A stretch of DNA of 10,544 bases from an uncultured Nitrososphaerales archaeon (GTDB taxonomy: Archaea; Thermoproteota; Nitrososphaeria; Nitrososphaerales; Nitrososphaeraceae), in NCBI GenBank assembly GCA_963709405.1, contig CAVPXM010000066.1, positions 1 to 10,544 on the forward strand, written 5' to 3'. The position numbers and the translations under genes were made by a program. Shown piece by piece: positions 1 to 8,150 of the stretch (within the stretch, counting starts at the first letter, position 1; each line of letters starts with the position of its first letter). The notes under the pieces were generated by a model. It made no database searches. It saw only the letters and a list, made by a program, of their open reading frames with translations, and had not been told where the DNA came from.

Positions 1-4
1 CATA

Positions 5-199
5 ATGTCTGAAAACTGGACTAGATTGACCTATGAGAAGGCTGAAAGGTTCACTAAATGTAAGAAGTGTAAGAAGAGCGATAAACTAGTAAGATACATT
101 GAGATTCATGAAGAGGAATTACAGGCATATAATCCTAAAACAAAAGAATGGATAGCATTAACTACATCATTTCAAGGTTTTGGAGATAACAGGTTTTAA
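5..199 (+). CDS. Small hypothetical protein (64 aa) with one CxxC motif
   Basis: ATG-started ORF, basic, with KCKKC; co-oriented and closely packed with the next ORF. No family recognised; upstream context lies outside the window. Confidence 0.55.
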   Translation: MSENWTRLTYEKAERFTKCKKCKKSDKLVRYIEIHEEELQAYNPKTKEWIALTTSFQGFGDNRF

Positions 200-247
200 T
201 TGTGAACGATGCGAGATAAGTTATGTGGTAGAGAGAGGTCTATAATC

Positions 248-559
248 ATGTCTAATAATGAAATACGGTATATCGTAGAGCCATACCCTAAACAGCAAAT
301 GATGGATATGGATAGTGAATTAGTTGAAATGGGAGCAACAGACGAGCGGAACGAATTCGATTTAAATCGTGCGTTCTGGAGAATAGACTACCGTACTGGA
401 ATAGCAATATTTTGGAGTGACAACAGTGAAGACGTGGAGGACTTGATTAGATACGCAGGAACCGCACAAAGCTATCTTAAACAACGAGGATGTGAGGACA
501 TTATCCAAGAAAATGACGCGAGGACTAGGTATACCTTTAAACCTATTGCAGGGGCCTAA
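248..559 (+). CDS. Hypothetical acidic protein (103 aa from ATG 248; the ORF could start at 209)
   Basis: Protein-like composition (MSNNEIRYIVEPYPK...AFWRIDYRTGIAIFWSD); tandem stops TAA TAG TAG follow. No family recognised. Confidence 0.65.
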   Translation: MSNNEIRYIVEPYPKQQMMDMDSELVEMGATDERNEFDLNRAFWRIDYRTGIAIFWSDNSEDVEDLIRYAGTAQSYLKQRGCEDIIQENDARTRYTFKPIAGA

Positions 560-565
560 TAGTAG

Positions 566-783
566 ATGGCAATAATAAACGTAGATGCCTGTAAATGTAA
601 TGTATGTGGCCATATCTAGCATACCAAGTTAGAAGATGGTGATTGCCTGCTCATTGTGCTAAATGTAAATTACTACTATGCAATCGTCATCTGTTTGGTA
701 CAACATATATCGTCATCTATCTGAGAAAAGGAAACTTGATGTGGCAAGACATACACAATGGTAAGACTATCTTGAGAAAGTAA
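566..783 (+). pseudogene. Degraded small zinc-ribbon (CxxC...CxxC) protein
   Basis: ATG 566 reads MAIINVDACKCNVCGHI*HTKLEDGD with TAG at 617-619 where a Trp (TGG) is typical of CxxCGHxW ribbons. A -1 shift at about 643 gives LPAHCAKCKLLLCN..., open to TAA 781-783. Confidence 0.6.
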
Positions 784-788
784 AAGCC

Positions 789-806
789 TCTTTCTTTTAT
801 TTTACT
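789..806 (+). terminator. Possible archaeal oligo-T terminator
   Basis: Pyrimidine/T-rich tract (tctttcttttattttact) immediately after the + strand small-ORF cluster. Confidence 0.3.
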
Positions 807-918
807 CTGTATCCTACACCACCGAGTGTTTGTTTTGTATTATGTGTAAATCTGCTACTGATCCAAAATCACTTTGCATAAAATGTCTAGTTGTAAACAA
901 GTTATACTAACCAATATG

Positions 919-943
919 AAAAAGTTTGTGTGTATAACAAACT
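919..943 (-). terminator. Possible terminator of the MBL gene (hairpin plus T-run)
   Basis: Minus strand reads AGTTTGT-TATACAC-ACAAACT-TTTT: a 7-bp stem overlapping the stop codon followed by a T-run. Confidence 0.3.
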
Positions 944-2360
944 ATTTGGCTTCTGCAAAGTTTTCCTTGATATATGTCTTTAGTCTTTGTGCATCGGTAT
1001 TGTTTACAAGTATATCTTCATTGAATACATTCTTCTTTTTTCCCTTATATGCTCTTACCTTAATGGCGTATTCATTTTCTGACTTGCGAACTATCTCCAT
1101 TCTCAAGTCTGGTCCTTTAGCCAGCATACCTCTTATACCTTGGGCTTCAAGAATAATGTTATCATCAGTAGTGTTTGGGAGTTTACGAGGTTTATCAAAT
1201 TCTAAGTTAAATCTGTTGATTCTATCTTCTATCATTAATTTAAGCTTGCCAGCTTCTTTTTCAATCCTCATAATATATTTCTCTAGACTCTCTAATTCTA
1301 GAAACGAAGCAGAGGAAGAGGCACTTTGATCTGAAGAGGATACAGATGAAGAAGATTCTTGTAAACTTTGTTGTTGTTTGTTTTGTAAACCACTACTATC
1401 CCAAACCATTCCTTCTCTTGCTACAGTTATTCTGAATTTGCCCTCACTTCCCATAATGCCAAGATGTGAATCTATTACCTTTTGAAGTTCATCTGTTGTC
1501 ATAGCTTTAACAGGACCTCTAAACCACTGGTTTGTAGCCTCTTCAAAGTCTAAAAGACCGCGGTAATGAACTATATAACATTCTTTGGCATTCCATCTTC
1601 TAACTAGTTCGAATGCTTCGCTTACAGAGATCATCCCAGTTTGAGGATGAGGATTGTAGCTTTGTGTACCTAAAATAACAAGATCTGGATTCCACAACAA
1701 ATTTTCATTTACATTGGGTAATGAAAGAAAATCCCATCCAATTATTACTTTATGATTAGCTAGTTTCACCACGTATATGACAGACCCAGATGGAGAATTG
1801 TCACCATGGTCAGCCAAAACTGGTGTTATCAAAAAAGGACCTATTTCAAAGGTTTTGTCTGGCTGTATTGTGTTAAACGATATTCTATGATTATTGCTTT
1901 CTGAAAGCTGAGGAAATCTTTTGGTAAGCTGTTCACGGCACTCTGCAGTACAGAATATCTTTAACTTCGACGATTCGTTATCGACCTTGTTTATCAATAA
2001 AGGCAGTTCTTTAATGTGATCATCATGTGAATGAGTTATCAATACTGCATCGGGAGTAGACGACAATGATAATGTCGATGAACTAAATCCAAGTTCAGAG
2101 ATGCTTTTTTCAACACTTTTAACTATTCCTTGACCCACATCAACAAGAACATGAAAAATCTTATCTGTTTTATCTGCAGCAAACAAGGAGCAAGAAGTGT
2201 TTGTACTTATACCTTTTTGTTTTACTTCTGCTGCTCTTTCTGATTCTTCCACACTACCTATTGTTGAAATATCTGGAAGGGTACCATTTATTCTTACTAA
2301 TAATTGATCGCCTGCAAGTATCCTAGAAGGAGAAGGGATTTGTGAGTTTAACATATTCAT
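942..2360 (-). CDS. MBL-fold metallo-hydrolase (PhnP/RNase Z-like lactamase_B_2 type) with Ser/Gln linker and C-terminal domain of unknown function
   Basis: Motifs VLVDVG, THSHDDH (HxHxDH), ADHGD, GWDF and IVHY in canonical order; linker QQQSLQESSSSVSSSDQSASSSAS precedes a further ~120 aa. Confidence 0.9.
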   Translation of the reverse strand: MNMLNSQIPSPSRILAGDQLLVRINGTLPDISTIGSVEESERAAEVKQKGISTNTSCSLFAADKTDKIFHVLVDVGQGIVKSVEKSISELGFSSSTLSLSSTPDAVLITHSHDDHIKELPLLINKVDNESSKLKIFCTAECREQLTKRFPQLSESNNHRISFNTIQPDKTFEIGPFLITPVLADHGDNSPSGSVIYVVKLANHKVIIGWDFLSLPNVNENLLWNPDLVILGTQSYNPHPQTGMISVSEAFELVRRWNAKECYIVHYRGLLDFEEATNQWFRGPVKAMTTDELQKVIDSHLGIMGSEGKFRITVAREGMVWDSSGLQNKQQQSLQESSSSVSSSDQSASSSASFLELESLEKYIMRIEKEAGKLKLMIEDRINRFNLEFDKPRKLPNTTDDNIILEAQGIRGMLAKGPDLRMEIVRKSENEYAIKVRAYKGKKKNVFNEDILVNNTDAQRLKTYIKENFAEAK

Positions 2361-2608
2361 TTATTTTAGTAAGACATATCAGATAAACCTAACTATTAAA
2401 TACATCTAATTATTTTAGATTTATTGTATATGTTTATAAATTTTATAACTACAATACTGCTGTTTTTGAAGACATTTATTATTTATGTATAACATTAAAT
2501 ATATCTTATTAGTATGATAACAAAATGCATTTGAGCAAACCTAAATCCTTTCCAGTGGGTTTAATTTGCACTACCACGTTGATGGCATTTGCTTTATTAA
2601 CATCATCA

Positions 2609-2781
2609 TTATGCAAGCGTATTTAGGCTTACTTTTTTTCGTCTGCTTCACAACTTAATAGTTGTTCATATTCTGAATCTATTCTAAATGGTATAGTGGC
2701 TGTCTTTTTTCGTTTGATTCTTTTGTTATTATCATCATTACTTAGACTATTATTATCGCCATTGCTACTATTCTTTTCCAT
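2609..2781 (-). pseudogene. Truncated ribbon-helix-helix-type DNA-binding protein
   Basis: ATG 2781: MEKNSSNGDNNSLSNDDNNKRIKRKKTATIPFRIDSEYEQLLSCEADEKK* (stop 2631-2629). The -1 frame continues VSLNTLA* (stop 2611-2609), matching the RHH pattern T-x-x-F-R-I-D...EA..K.VSLNTL. Confidence 0.7.
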
Positions 2782-2945
2782 GTTCTAGATTCAACTTGCA
2801 TATCGCCGCTCAGTTATATACATATTTATGGTATAACAATTATGGTAATCGAGGTATTATCGTCGAGACATTTTGTATATGCTACCATCATTTCACTTCA
2901 ATTATAATCAAGCAATTTACAGCCAATTTTGACAACTTCCTTCCC

Positions 2946-4343
2946 CTACCACAATTGATTATTGTCATTTGCTACAATTTTGTAAACCATTCCATCAAAA
3001 TATGTCAGAATATACAGATAACCATCTGGACCAGTTTTGATATCAGTTATTCTACCCTCAAAATTAGTTGCAAACAGTGGTTCTGAAGCCTCTTTTTTAT
3101 TATCGGCTACTAAATCCTCTAGGCCAATATACTGATTGTTATCAGAATAAAAACTCAATCTTGTTCTGTCCTCGTTATTTACTTGGAAATAGTAGATATT
3201 TCCATTGTTAATATCTCCTACAAAGATATTATTTTCATATTCTTTGCCAAGAATTGATGAATTAAGGAATTCTATTGCTGTAACACCAATTGGTATGCGC
3301 CAGCTGAATTTAGGATCAGAATATCGTGAGCCATCTAACTTTAGAAGTTTAGATTCTGTTGAAATATTATTATTTCGAGAAAGAGGTCCCATAATTTTGT
3401 CCCATCCACTATTATATCCTGGTTTTACCAAATTAATTTCGTCATAGTTATTCTCTCCATTTTCAGTATCCCATAGATAACCTGTGACAGGATCAAATGC
3501 CAATCCAAAACTATTACGGATACCATATGCATAACTATAGTTTAGACCGGCGATTTCAGCATTATTGTCGGCTAGTCTGTTATGCAGAAAAGGATTGCCA
3601 GCAGATGGTAGACCACTCATAGGGTCTATTCTTAGTATAACAGATGAGTAAGTACTTGTCTTTCCGTAGTTGTAGTTCTGCGTTACAGTATTAGGAGTGT
3701 TCAAATCACCAATTGCTACATAGAGTTGACGATCTCTGGGACCTATTGTCATTTTCCCACCATTATGGTACAAGCCTGCTAATGAGGGAAATTCAGATAT
3801 CAGTTTAGGATTTAGTAAAGAATTTCTATTCCAATCATATCTGTATAACACATTTTTTGGCTCACCATTTTCTCTCAATTTAGTAAAATAGAGGAATACA
3901 TATGCCTTTGGATAAGTGGAATGGAGATGTGATGATGGCCGTAGTTCGTTTTTCTTGTCTTCCTCAGATATAGCTGATGAAGTGTTATTCAATATAGCCA
4001 AACCTAATAATCCTCGTTCTCCTTTACCATCAACATCTAGTGTCAGAATAGGTTTTTGTCTTAACACACCATCAGATATAAGACGAACAGCACCAGTATT
4101 TTTTTCCAATACCAGAATGTTATGTTTATCTATGACTGCCATGCTAGTTGGAAAAGATAATCCTGTTGTCACTAATTCTATCTTAAGACTTTTTTTGTGA
4201 TCTCCTACAAGAAATGGGAAATGCTGATCTTGGCTATATGTAATATAATTATCAAATATAAAATAACCAGTAACGACGATGACTATTATCATGATAAGTA
4301 TGATAAATGGTATAAACAATGAATTTACTATCATTTTATTCAT
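2946..4343 (-). CDS. PQQ-dependent sugar dehydrogenase family (sGDH/Asd-type six-bladed propeller) with N-terminal membrane anchor
   Basis: Motifs GLSFPTSM, GERGLLGLA, HNGG, YGIRNSFGLAFDP, LWDTENG, DEINL, NSGW, RITDIKTGPDGYLYILT; hydrophobic segment LFIPFIILIMIIVIVVTGYFIF. ATG 4343 (or 4334) is preferred over TTG 4400. Confidence 0.92.
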   Translation of the reverse strand: MNKMIVNSLFIPFIILIMIIVIVVTGYFIFDNYITYSQDQHFPFLVGDHKKSLKIELVTTGLSFPTSMAVIDKHNILVLEKNTGAVRLISDGVLRQKPILTLDVDGKGERGLLGLAILNNTSSAISEEDKKNELRPSSHLHSTYPKAYVFLYFTKLRENGEPKNVLYRYDWNRNSLLNPKLISEFPSLAGLYHNGGKMTIGPRDRQLYVAIGDLNTPNTVTQNYNYGKTSTYSSVILRIDPMSGLPSAGNPFLHNRLADNNAEIAGLNYSYAYGIRNSFGLAFDPVTGYLWDTENGENNYDEINLVKPGYNSGWDKIMGPLSRNNNISTESKLLKLDGSRYSDPKFSWRIPIGVTAIEFLNSSILGKEYENNIFVGDINNGNIYYFQVNNEDRTRLSFYSDNNQYIGLEDLVADNKKEASEPLFATNFEGRITDIKTGPDGYLYILTYFDGMVYKIVANDNNQLW

Positions 4344-4414
4344 ATACCTGACGAAATAACTATCATAAACCTTGGCATTCAATATATATTCTAAGAGCAA
4401 TTACTATATGTTTC

Positions 4415-4982
4415 GTGTTATCAGTATTATCTACCATCATTAATATTTCTGGCATAACCCTGAAAGATGCTATCGTAAAAGAGAATCATTTGCAAAATTA
4501 TTCTAATACCAGATTTTATAATTACACAAGTCAGACTAAATTACTTAGAATGAATCCAAATTTGATATCGTATCACACTCTTAATAATGATAATAATATG
4601 ACAGTAGTATCATAAACAACCCAAAATAAGGTAAGTAACCTGTCATCAATAACTAAAAAGTCTAATGATGGTTCATTATTTGTGATGTTAAGTTGGGATC
4701 CTCTAGAATTGAAGGAAGGAAGAGACACAATATTCTTGGTTGGCTTCTTTGACCCAAAAACAAATTTGGAAGTAAGGCAAATGGACTATTCCTTTAAAGC
4801 AGTATTTTCATTTACTTACATCACAATTAAGGGTGTAAAGCATCAAAAGGCTCCCGGCGGAATTGGAATTCTCTGTTAAAATAACTCCACCGCAGCAGAA
4901 TCTTATAAATGAGAGTAACAATAACGTGAACACCTCGAATGGAACAGGATATGTGAATTTTACCATTAGGATTCCCAAATGA
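4415..4982 (+). pseudogene. Broken secreted/surface protein gene
   Basis: ORFs 4415-4615 and 4682-4879 share one frame separated by a single TAA (4613-4615), reading through as TTQNKVSNLSSITKKSNDGSLFVMLSWDP. A second frame from 4863 reads LEFSVKITPPQQNLINESNNNVNTSNGTGYVNFTIRIPK* (TGA 4980-4982). Hydrophobic signal-like N-terminus, many N-x-S/T sequons; start uncertain. Confidence 0.7.
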
Positions 4983-5079
4983 CAATGAATTGTCAATTAG
5001 GACAAATGTAATCATCCTTGACTTATTACTGTGCGACAATACAATCCGTGTCGGAATTCTATTACTTGATATAGTATTG

Positions 5080-5379
5080 TTATTTTCTTGTGATCCATAA
5101 TAGGACCGATAAGGCTACAGATTGAGCAACATTAATGACAAGCAAATATGGTGCTGCTGTTTCAACCATACTCTTGATGGATGGTCCCGCCATAAAGAGC
5201 TTGGTCCAAAAAAGGATAATGACAATATTTTGTACAACGAATAAAGAAGATACCAATACGAGACCTATGGTAAAATAAGATTTTATCAGCCTTAAATTTC
5301 GAATATATACAGCTGTAACACCACCTAATAGTCCAATGTTGAGTACCGCAGTAGCAACAGCAGGTAACATAAAATCCAT
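5080..5379 (-). CDS. Small membrane protein (about 3 TM helices), partner of the upstream ArsR-type regulator
   Basis: Three hydrophobic stretches and the pattern Y.RN...IKSYFTIGL.L.S.LF..QN; lies 33 bp downstream of the wHTH gene on the same strand. Confidence 0.8.
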   Translation of the reverse strand: MDFMLPAVATAVLNIGLLGGVTAVYIRNLRLIKSYFTIGLVLVSSLFVVQNIVIILFWTKLFMAGPSIKSMVETAAPYLLVINVAQSVALSVLLWITRK

Positions 5380-5412
5380 TCTTACTAGATCTCGTCCTAC
5401 AATAGACTTAAT

Positions 5413-5754
5413 TTACTTTTTCCCAATTTTTGCCAATATCTCCTTCCTAAATAACTCATAATTCATTTCCATAATTGGTGTGAGAAAATACGTTGCACCG
5501 TATGACTGTGGATTATCCGTTATAATTAAACCATTTTGTGCAAGTACCTTCAGATGATGAGTTATAGTCTTGTAATCAACCTTTAATTCTGATGCAATTT
5601 GATTGGTATTCGAAGGATTTGATTTGATAAAATCAAGAATTCTAGCTCTATTCACACCTCCTTTCGTACTAGCAATCAAGTACCATAATAGACGCTTAAA
5701 ACGCGGATCAACGTATCTATTATTACTGTTATGATCTATGTCATTTGGTGTCAT
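5413..5754 (-). CDS. ArsR-family winged helix-turn-helix transcriptional regulator
   Basis: Archaeal ArsR-like signature LLWYLIASTKGGVNRARIL...PSNTNQIASELKVDYKTITHHLKVL..NGLI...YGATYFLT. ATG 5754 is preferred; 5775 is an alternative start. Confidence 0.88.
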   Translation of the reverse strand: MTPNDIDHNSNNRYVDPRFKRLLWYLIASTKGGVNRARILDFIKSNPSNTNQIASELKVDYKTITHHLKVLAQNGLIITDNPQSYGATYFLTPIMEMNYELFRKEILAKIGKK

Positions 5755-6534
5755 GATGTTCCCAAAACAGACCATGAGAGGAAATAATATAGGAAGACAT
5801 GAATGCCGTAAATAGCACGTAGTATGTTCATTATCGAGAAAATATAAAGTTGTCTGGATGTTGTGTATATTGGCGTGGATTAAGTAATGTACATTATGAC
5901 CAGGGATCCAACTGGACTTAGGTGCTACATGTAGAAATCCGAAAATTCAAGGTAAGGTACAGATAACGATGAGCAAAACAAAGGCATCGCCTCTTATATT
6001 TGAGAAAAGATAAAGAACCCAAAAGATGTTCCAGGCGGGAGGTGCATGGACATATTAATGCAACAAATGGAACATTAAGTATCCCTCATTATATTATTAT
6101 CTTCTGATAATAATTTTGCTCTACTGACCCGTTTAACTAGTCTTTTAAATGATAATAACACTAATGATAGAGTATCATATCACAGAATCGGTAATGAACT
6201 TGATCTTGTTAATCGAAAGCTCAATTAGTCCAGAATCTTACTTAACTGATGTTTCGATGGATCAAAGACCCTAATAATTTAAGATTAATCTAACGCCAAT
6301 AAATAGGTGCACATTGTGTAATTTTGATATCTCTAGAGCATATTCTTCAAATGAGGAACACAAACAAGCAAAATCGCTCAGAGAGTGTAATCAGCAAATA
6401 ACATGCTGATTGTCAAAGAATCCTTCCTAGTTATACAGAAAACCACTAATAACCAATAGAGTCACGATTTTCCTTTTTGAATGGAGCATTCAATATGATA
6501 TAATAATACTATTTCTGTATCTAGATTCCCATAG

Positions 6535-7062
6535 TCACCGAAATAAATGCGAAATCTGTAATTCTATCATATCCAGATCCTTAGTCCCGATCAAGTCATA
6601 AACGATTGTTTGTCTTCTAAACGATTCAACCTCATTAAGAGAACATGTCAAGATAGGATAAGGAGCAACTGCACCTGTAATTCTACCATTCCCATTAACC
6701 CCATTTTTATGCAAGGATAGTAATGCCTGACCCGATCTATGACCCTTTACATCTATACCACAAACGATAATATGATGTAAGCTTGGATTTTTTAATCTAA
6801 ACTTTATCATCTCATCTATTCCCCTGTTTTCCGATAGCAATCTCCCAGCAATCAATATTTTATTCATTATGCGACTGGCCTTGGAGATTTCTCTTAGTAG
6901 ATCCATACTTGAAAGGGTACAAATGGCAATAACCGATCCCTTTCCAAAGTAATATTCCTGATTAATGGGGACTATATTTTCACACACTTTTCCAATAGCA
7001 TTATCAAATTTCCTTCTAAGGATCGCGAATAAATCTTCATCTGGATCGTGCCCAGAAAACAT
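6535..7062 (-). CDS. MtrA/MtxA-like corrinoid-binding protein (homolog of tetrahydromethanopterin S-methyltransferase subunit A), no membrane anchor
   Basis: MtrA motifs AICTLSS, AGRLLSENRGI, NPSLHHIIVCGIDVKGHRSGQALLSLHKNGV, GRITGAVAPYP, VESFRRQ...DLIG. Start probably ATG 7062 (TTG 7104 possible). Confidence 0.85.
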   Translation of the reverse strand: MFSGHDPDEDLFAILRRKFDNAIGKVCENIVPINQEYYFGKGSVIAICTLSSMDLLREISKASRIMNKILIAGRLLSENRGIDEMIKFRLKNPSLHHIIVCGIDVKGHRSGQALLSLHKNGVNGNGRITGAVAPYPILTCSLNEVESFRRQTIVYDLIGTKDLDMIELQISHLFR

Positions 7063-7574
7063 AATTATATGCACATTCCCCAAGAACCCTCGATAGTCAT
7101 CCAATATATATTAGATCTTTCTCAGATGAGGACGAAAATCAAATCACCAGCGATCGTATGTCTAGTAGTCTATATTTTCTCGTGGAATCAATTCGTACTT
7201 TCTAAATAATCTATAAAAAAGGTATCAATCTCATAGGATTCTCTAGGCAGGTATTGATAAGAATAATAACATGAACAAATGGTTATTCAAGCTATAAGCT
7301 GGAGTTAAATAACGTACATAGATTATTAGTGATAAAAGGTGGATTATAATAGGAAGAAAAAGAGGTATTTGTTGCTATAAAGGATGCGATCTTTAAGTAA
7401 GTAAACGTACTAAAAGTCACTTGATTTCCACTAAACTTGATAATCTAAGGATGTGGAAGTATCTAAGGCAACTATGGCCAATCAGCTATCGTCGTGCTCC
7501 ATATTGCTGTTCTTACTATTTTCTGACTATTAATGTATATCCTTAGGTGGGCCTAAGTGATAATCATAGTAAAA

Positions 7575-7829
7575 TTATGTTATAGTCTTCATGTCATTAC
7601 AAATACTTAGAAACCGTTTACCCTTCTTAGTAGTCCTATAAATTTTTTGGTGTTCTATATTCTCTATTTCTATTAAACCATATTGATATAGGAATAACAA
7701 ATATTCTTTGAACAGACTATGAGGAATTTTTACTGTATTTAAGATTTCTGCTTGTCTTACTGCGTTATCGTTAGCAACTTCTAAGATCGATGCAAGTATA
7801 TCAAATTTATCACTATAATGACCTTGCAT
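7575..7829 (-). CDS. Small winged helix-turn-helix protein (archaeal predicted transcriptional regulator)
   Basis: Pattern DILASILE...RQAEILNTVKIPHSLFKEYLLFLYQYGLIE...YRTTKKGKRFL, typical of 80-100 aa archaeal wHTH regulators. Confidence 0.8.
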   Translation of the reverse strand: MQGHYSDKFDILASILEVANDNAVRQAEILNTVKIPHSLFKEYLLFLYQYGLIEIENIEHQKIYRTTKKGKRFLSICNDMKTIT

Positions 7830-7855
7830 GCATCGTCACACCGGTATTTGTCTTC

Positions 7856-8041
7856 AATCTGATAGAGGTAAGATGGCTATGGATGCAACGACAAGCAATA
7901 AACAATTCCACCTTTCAAAATGAACGTGATATAGGTAAAGCAGTATCTGATTGGGCATGTGATTATAATAAAAAACATAGAGGCAAAACTAGTATAAACA
8001 GTTTACATGGAGAAAGCATCTACATGTTTACATAACTGTTA
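7856..8041 (+). mobile_element. 3' remnant of an IS630-like (DDE) transposase / IS right end
   Basis: Frame reads NLIEVRWLWMQRQAINNSTFQNERDIGKAVSDWACDYNKKH, i.e. the N-x-I-E-x-x-W catalytic-Glu motif and terminal helices of IS630/Tc1 transposases. The upstream DD region is absent; stop at 8033-8035, with a TA at 8040-8041. Confidence 0.7.
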
Positions 8042-8150
8042 AGATAAGCCCACTCTCTTAATCTTTAGTTTGTTGCACGAACGAAATACCCCAAGTGACA
8101 GTAATGCGTGTATTATTATATTCTATTTGTATGTATGATATAGTAAATTA

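Noticed and set aside
362-622. Minus-strand ORF, and likewise 4808-4996, 4827-5039, 8244-8504, 8309-8500, 8924-9118, 9003-9188 and 9819-10070
   Set aside because: Antisense to better-supported genes or pseudogenes.
874-1329. 151-aa + strand ORF, and likewise 2796-3086, 3205-3447 and 3916-4200
   Set aside because: Antisense shadows of the well-supported MBL and sGDH genes, with no recognisable motifs.
2509-2616. Minus-strand open stretch LHNDDVNKANAINVVVQIKPTGKDLGLLKCILLSY* following the RHH relic
   Set aside because: May be a fragment of another gene joined at a deletion, but it is too short to assign.
942-4343. MBL gene as pqqB forming a PQQ module with the neighbouring dehydrogenase
   Set aside because: It has a canonical HxHxDH, lacks the PqqB N-terminal Cys motif and has an extra domain; no pqqA/C/D/E is visible, and an RHH relic separates the two genes.
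5885-5896. Perfect palindrome TAATGTACATTA upstream of the ArsR gene as an operator
   Set aside because: A 12-bp AT-rich palindrome is expected by chance in a window of this size and composition; no second copy was found.
6004-6228. Possible coding relic (EKIKNPKDVPGG... and ...LLNDNNTNDRVSYHRIGNELDLVNRKLN*)
   Set aside because: Fragments look protein-like but are interrupted, and I cannot assign a family; BLASTX is needed.
7105-7574. Cobalamin riboswitch upstream of the MtrA-like gene
   Set aside because: No B12-box or conserved GGGAA/GCCACTG elements or GC-rich stems seen by eye; a covariance-model search would be decisive.
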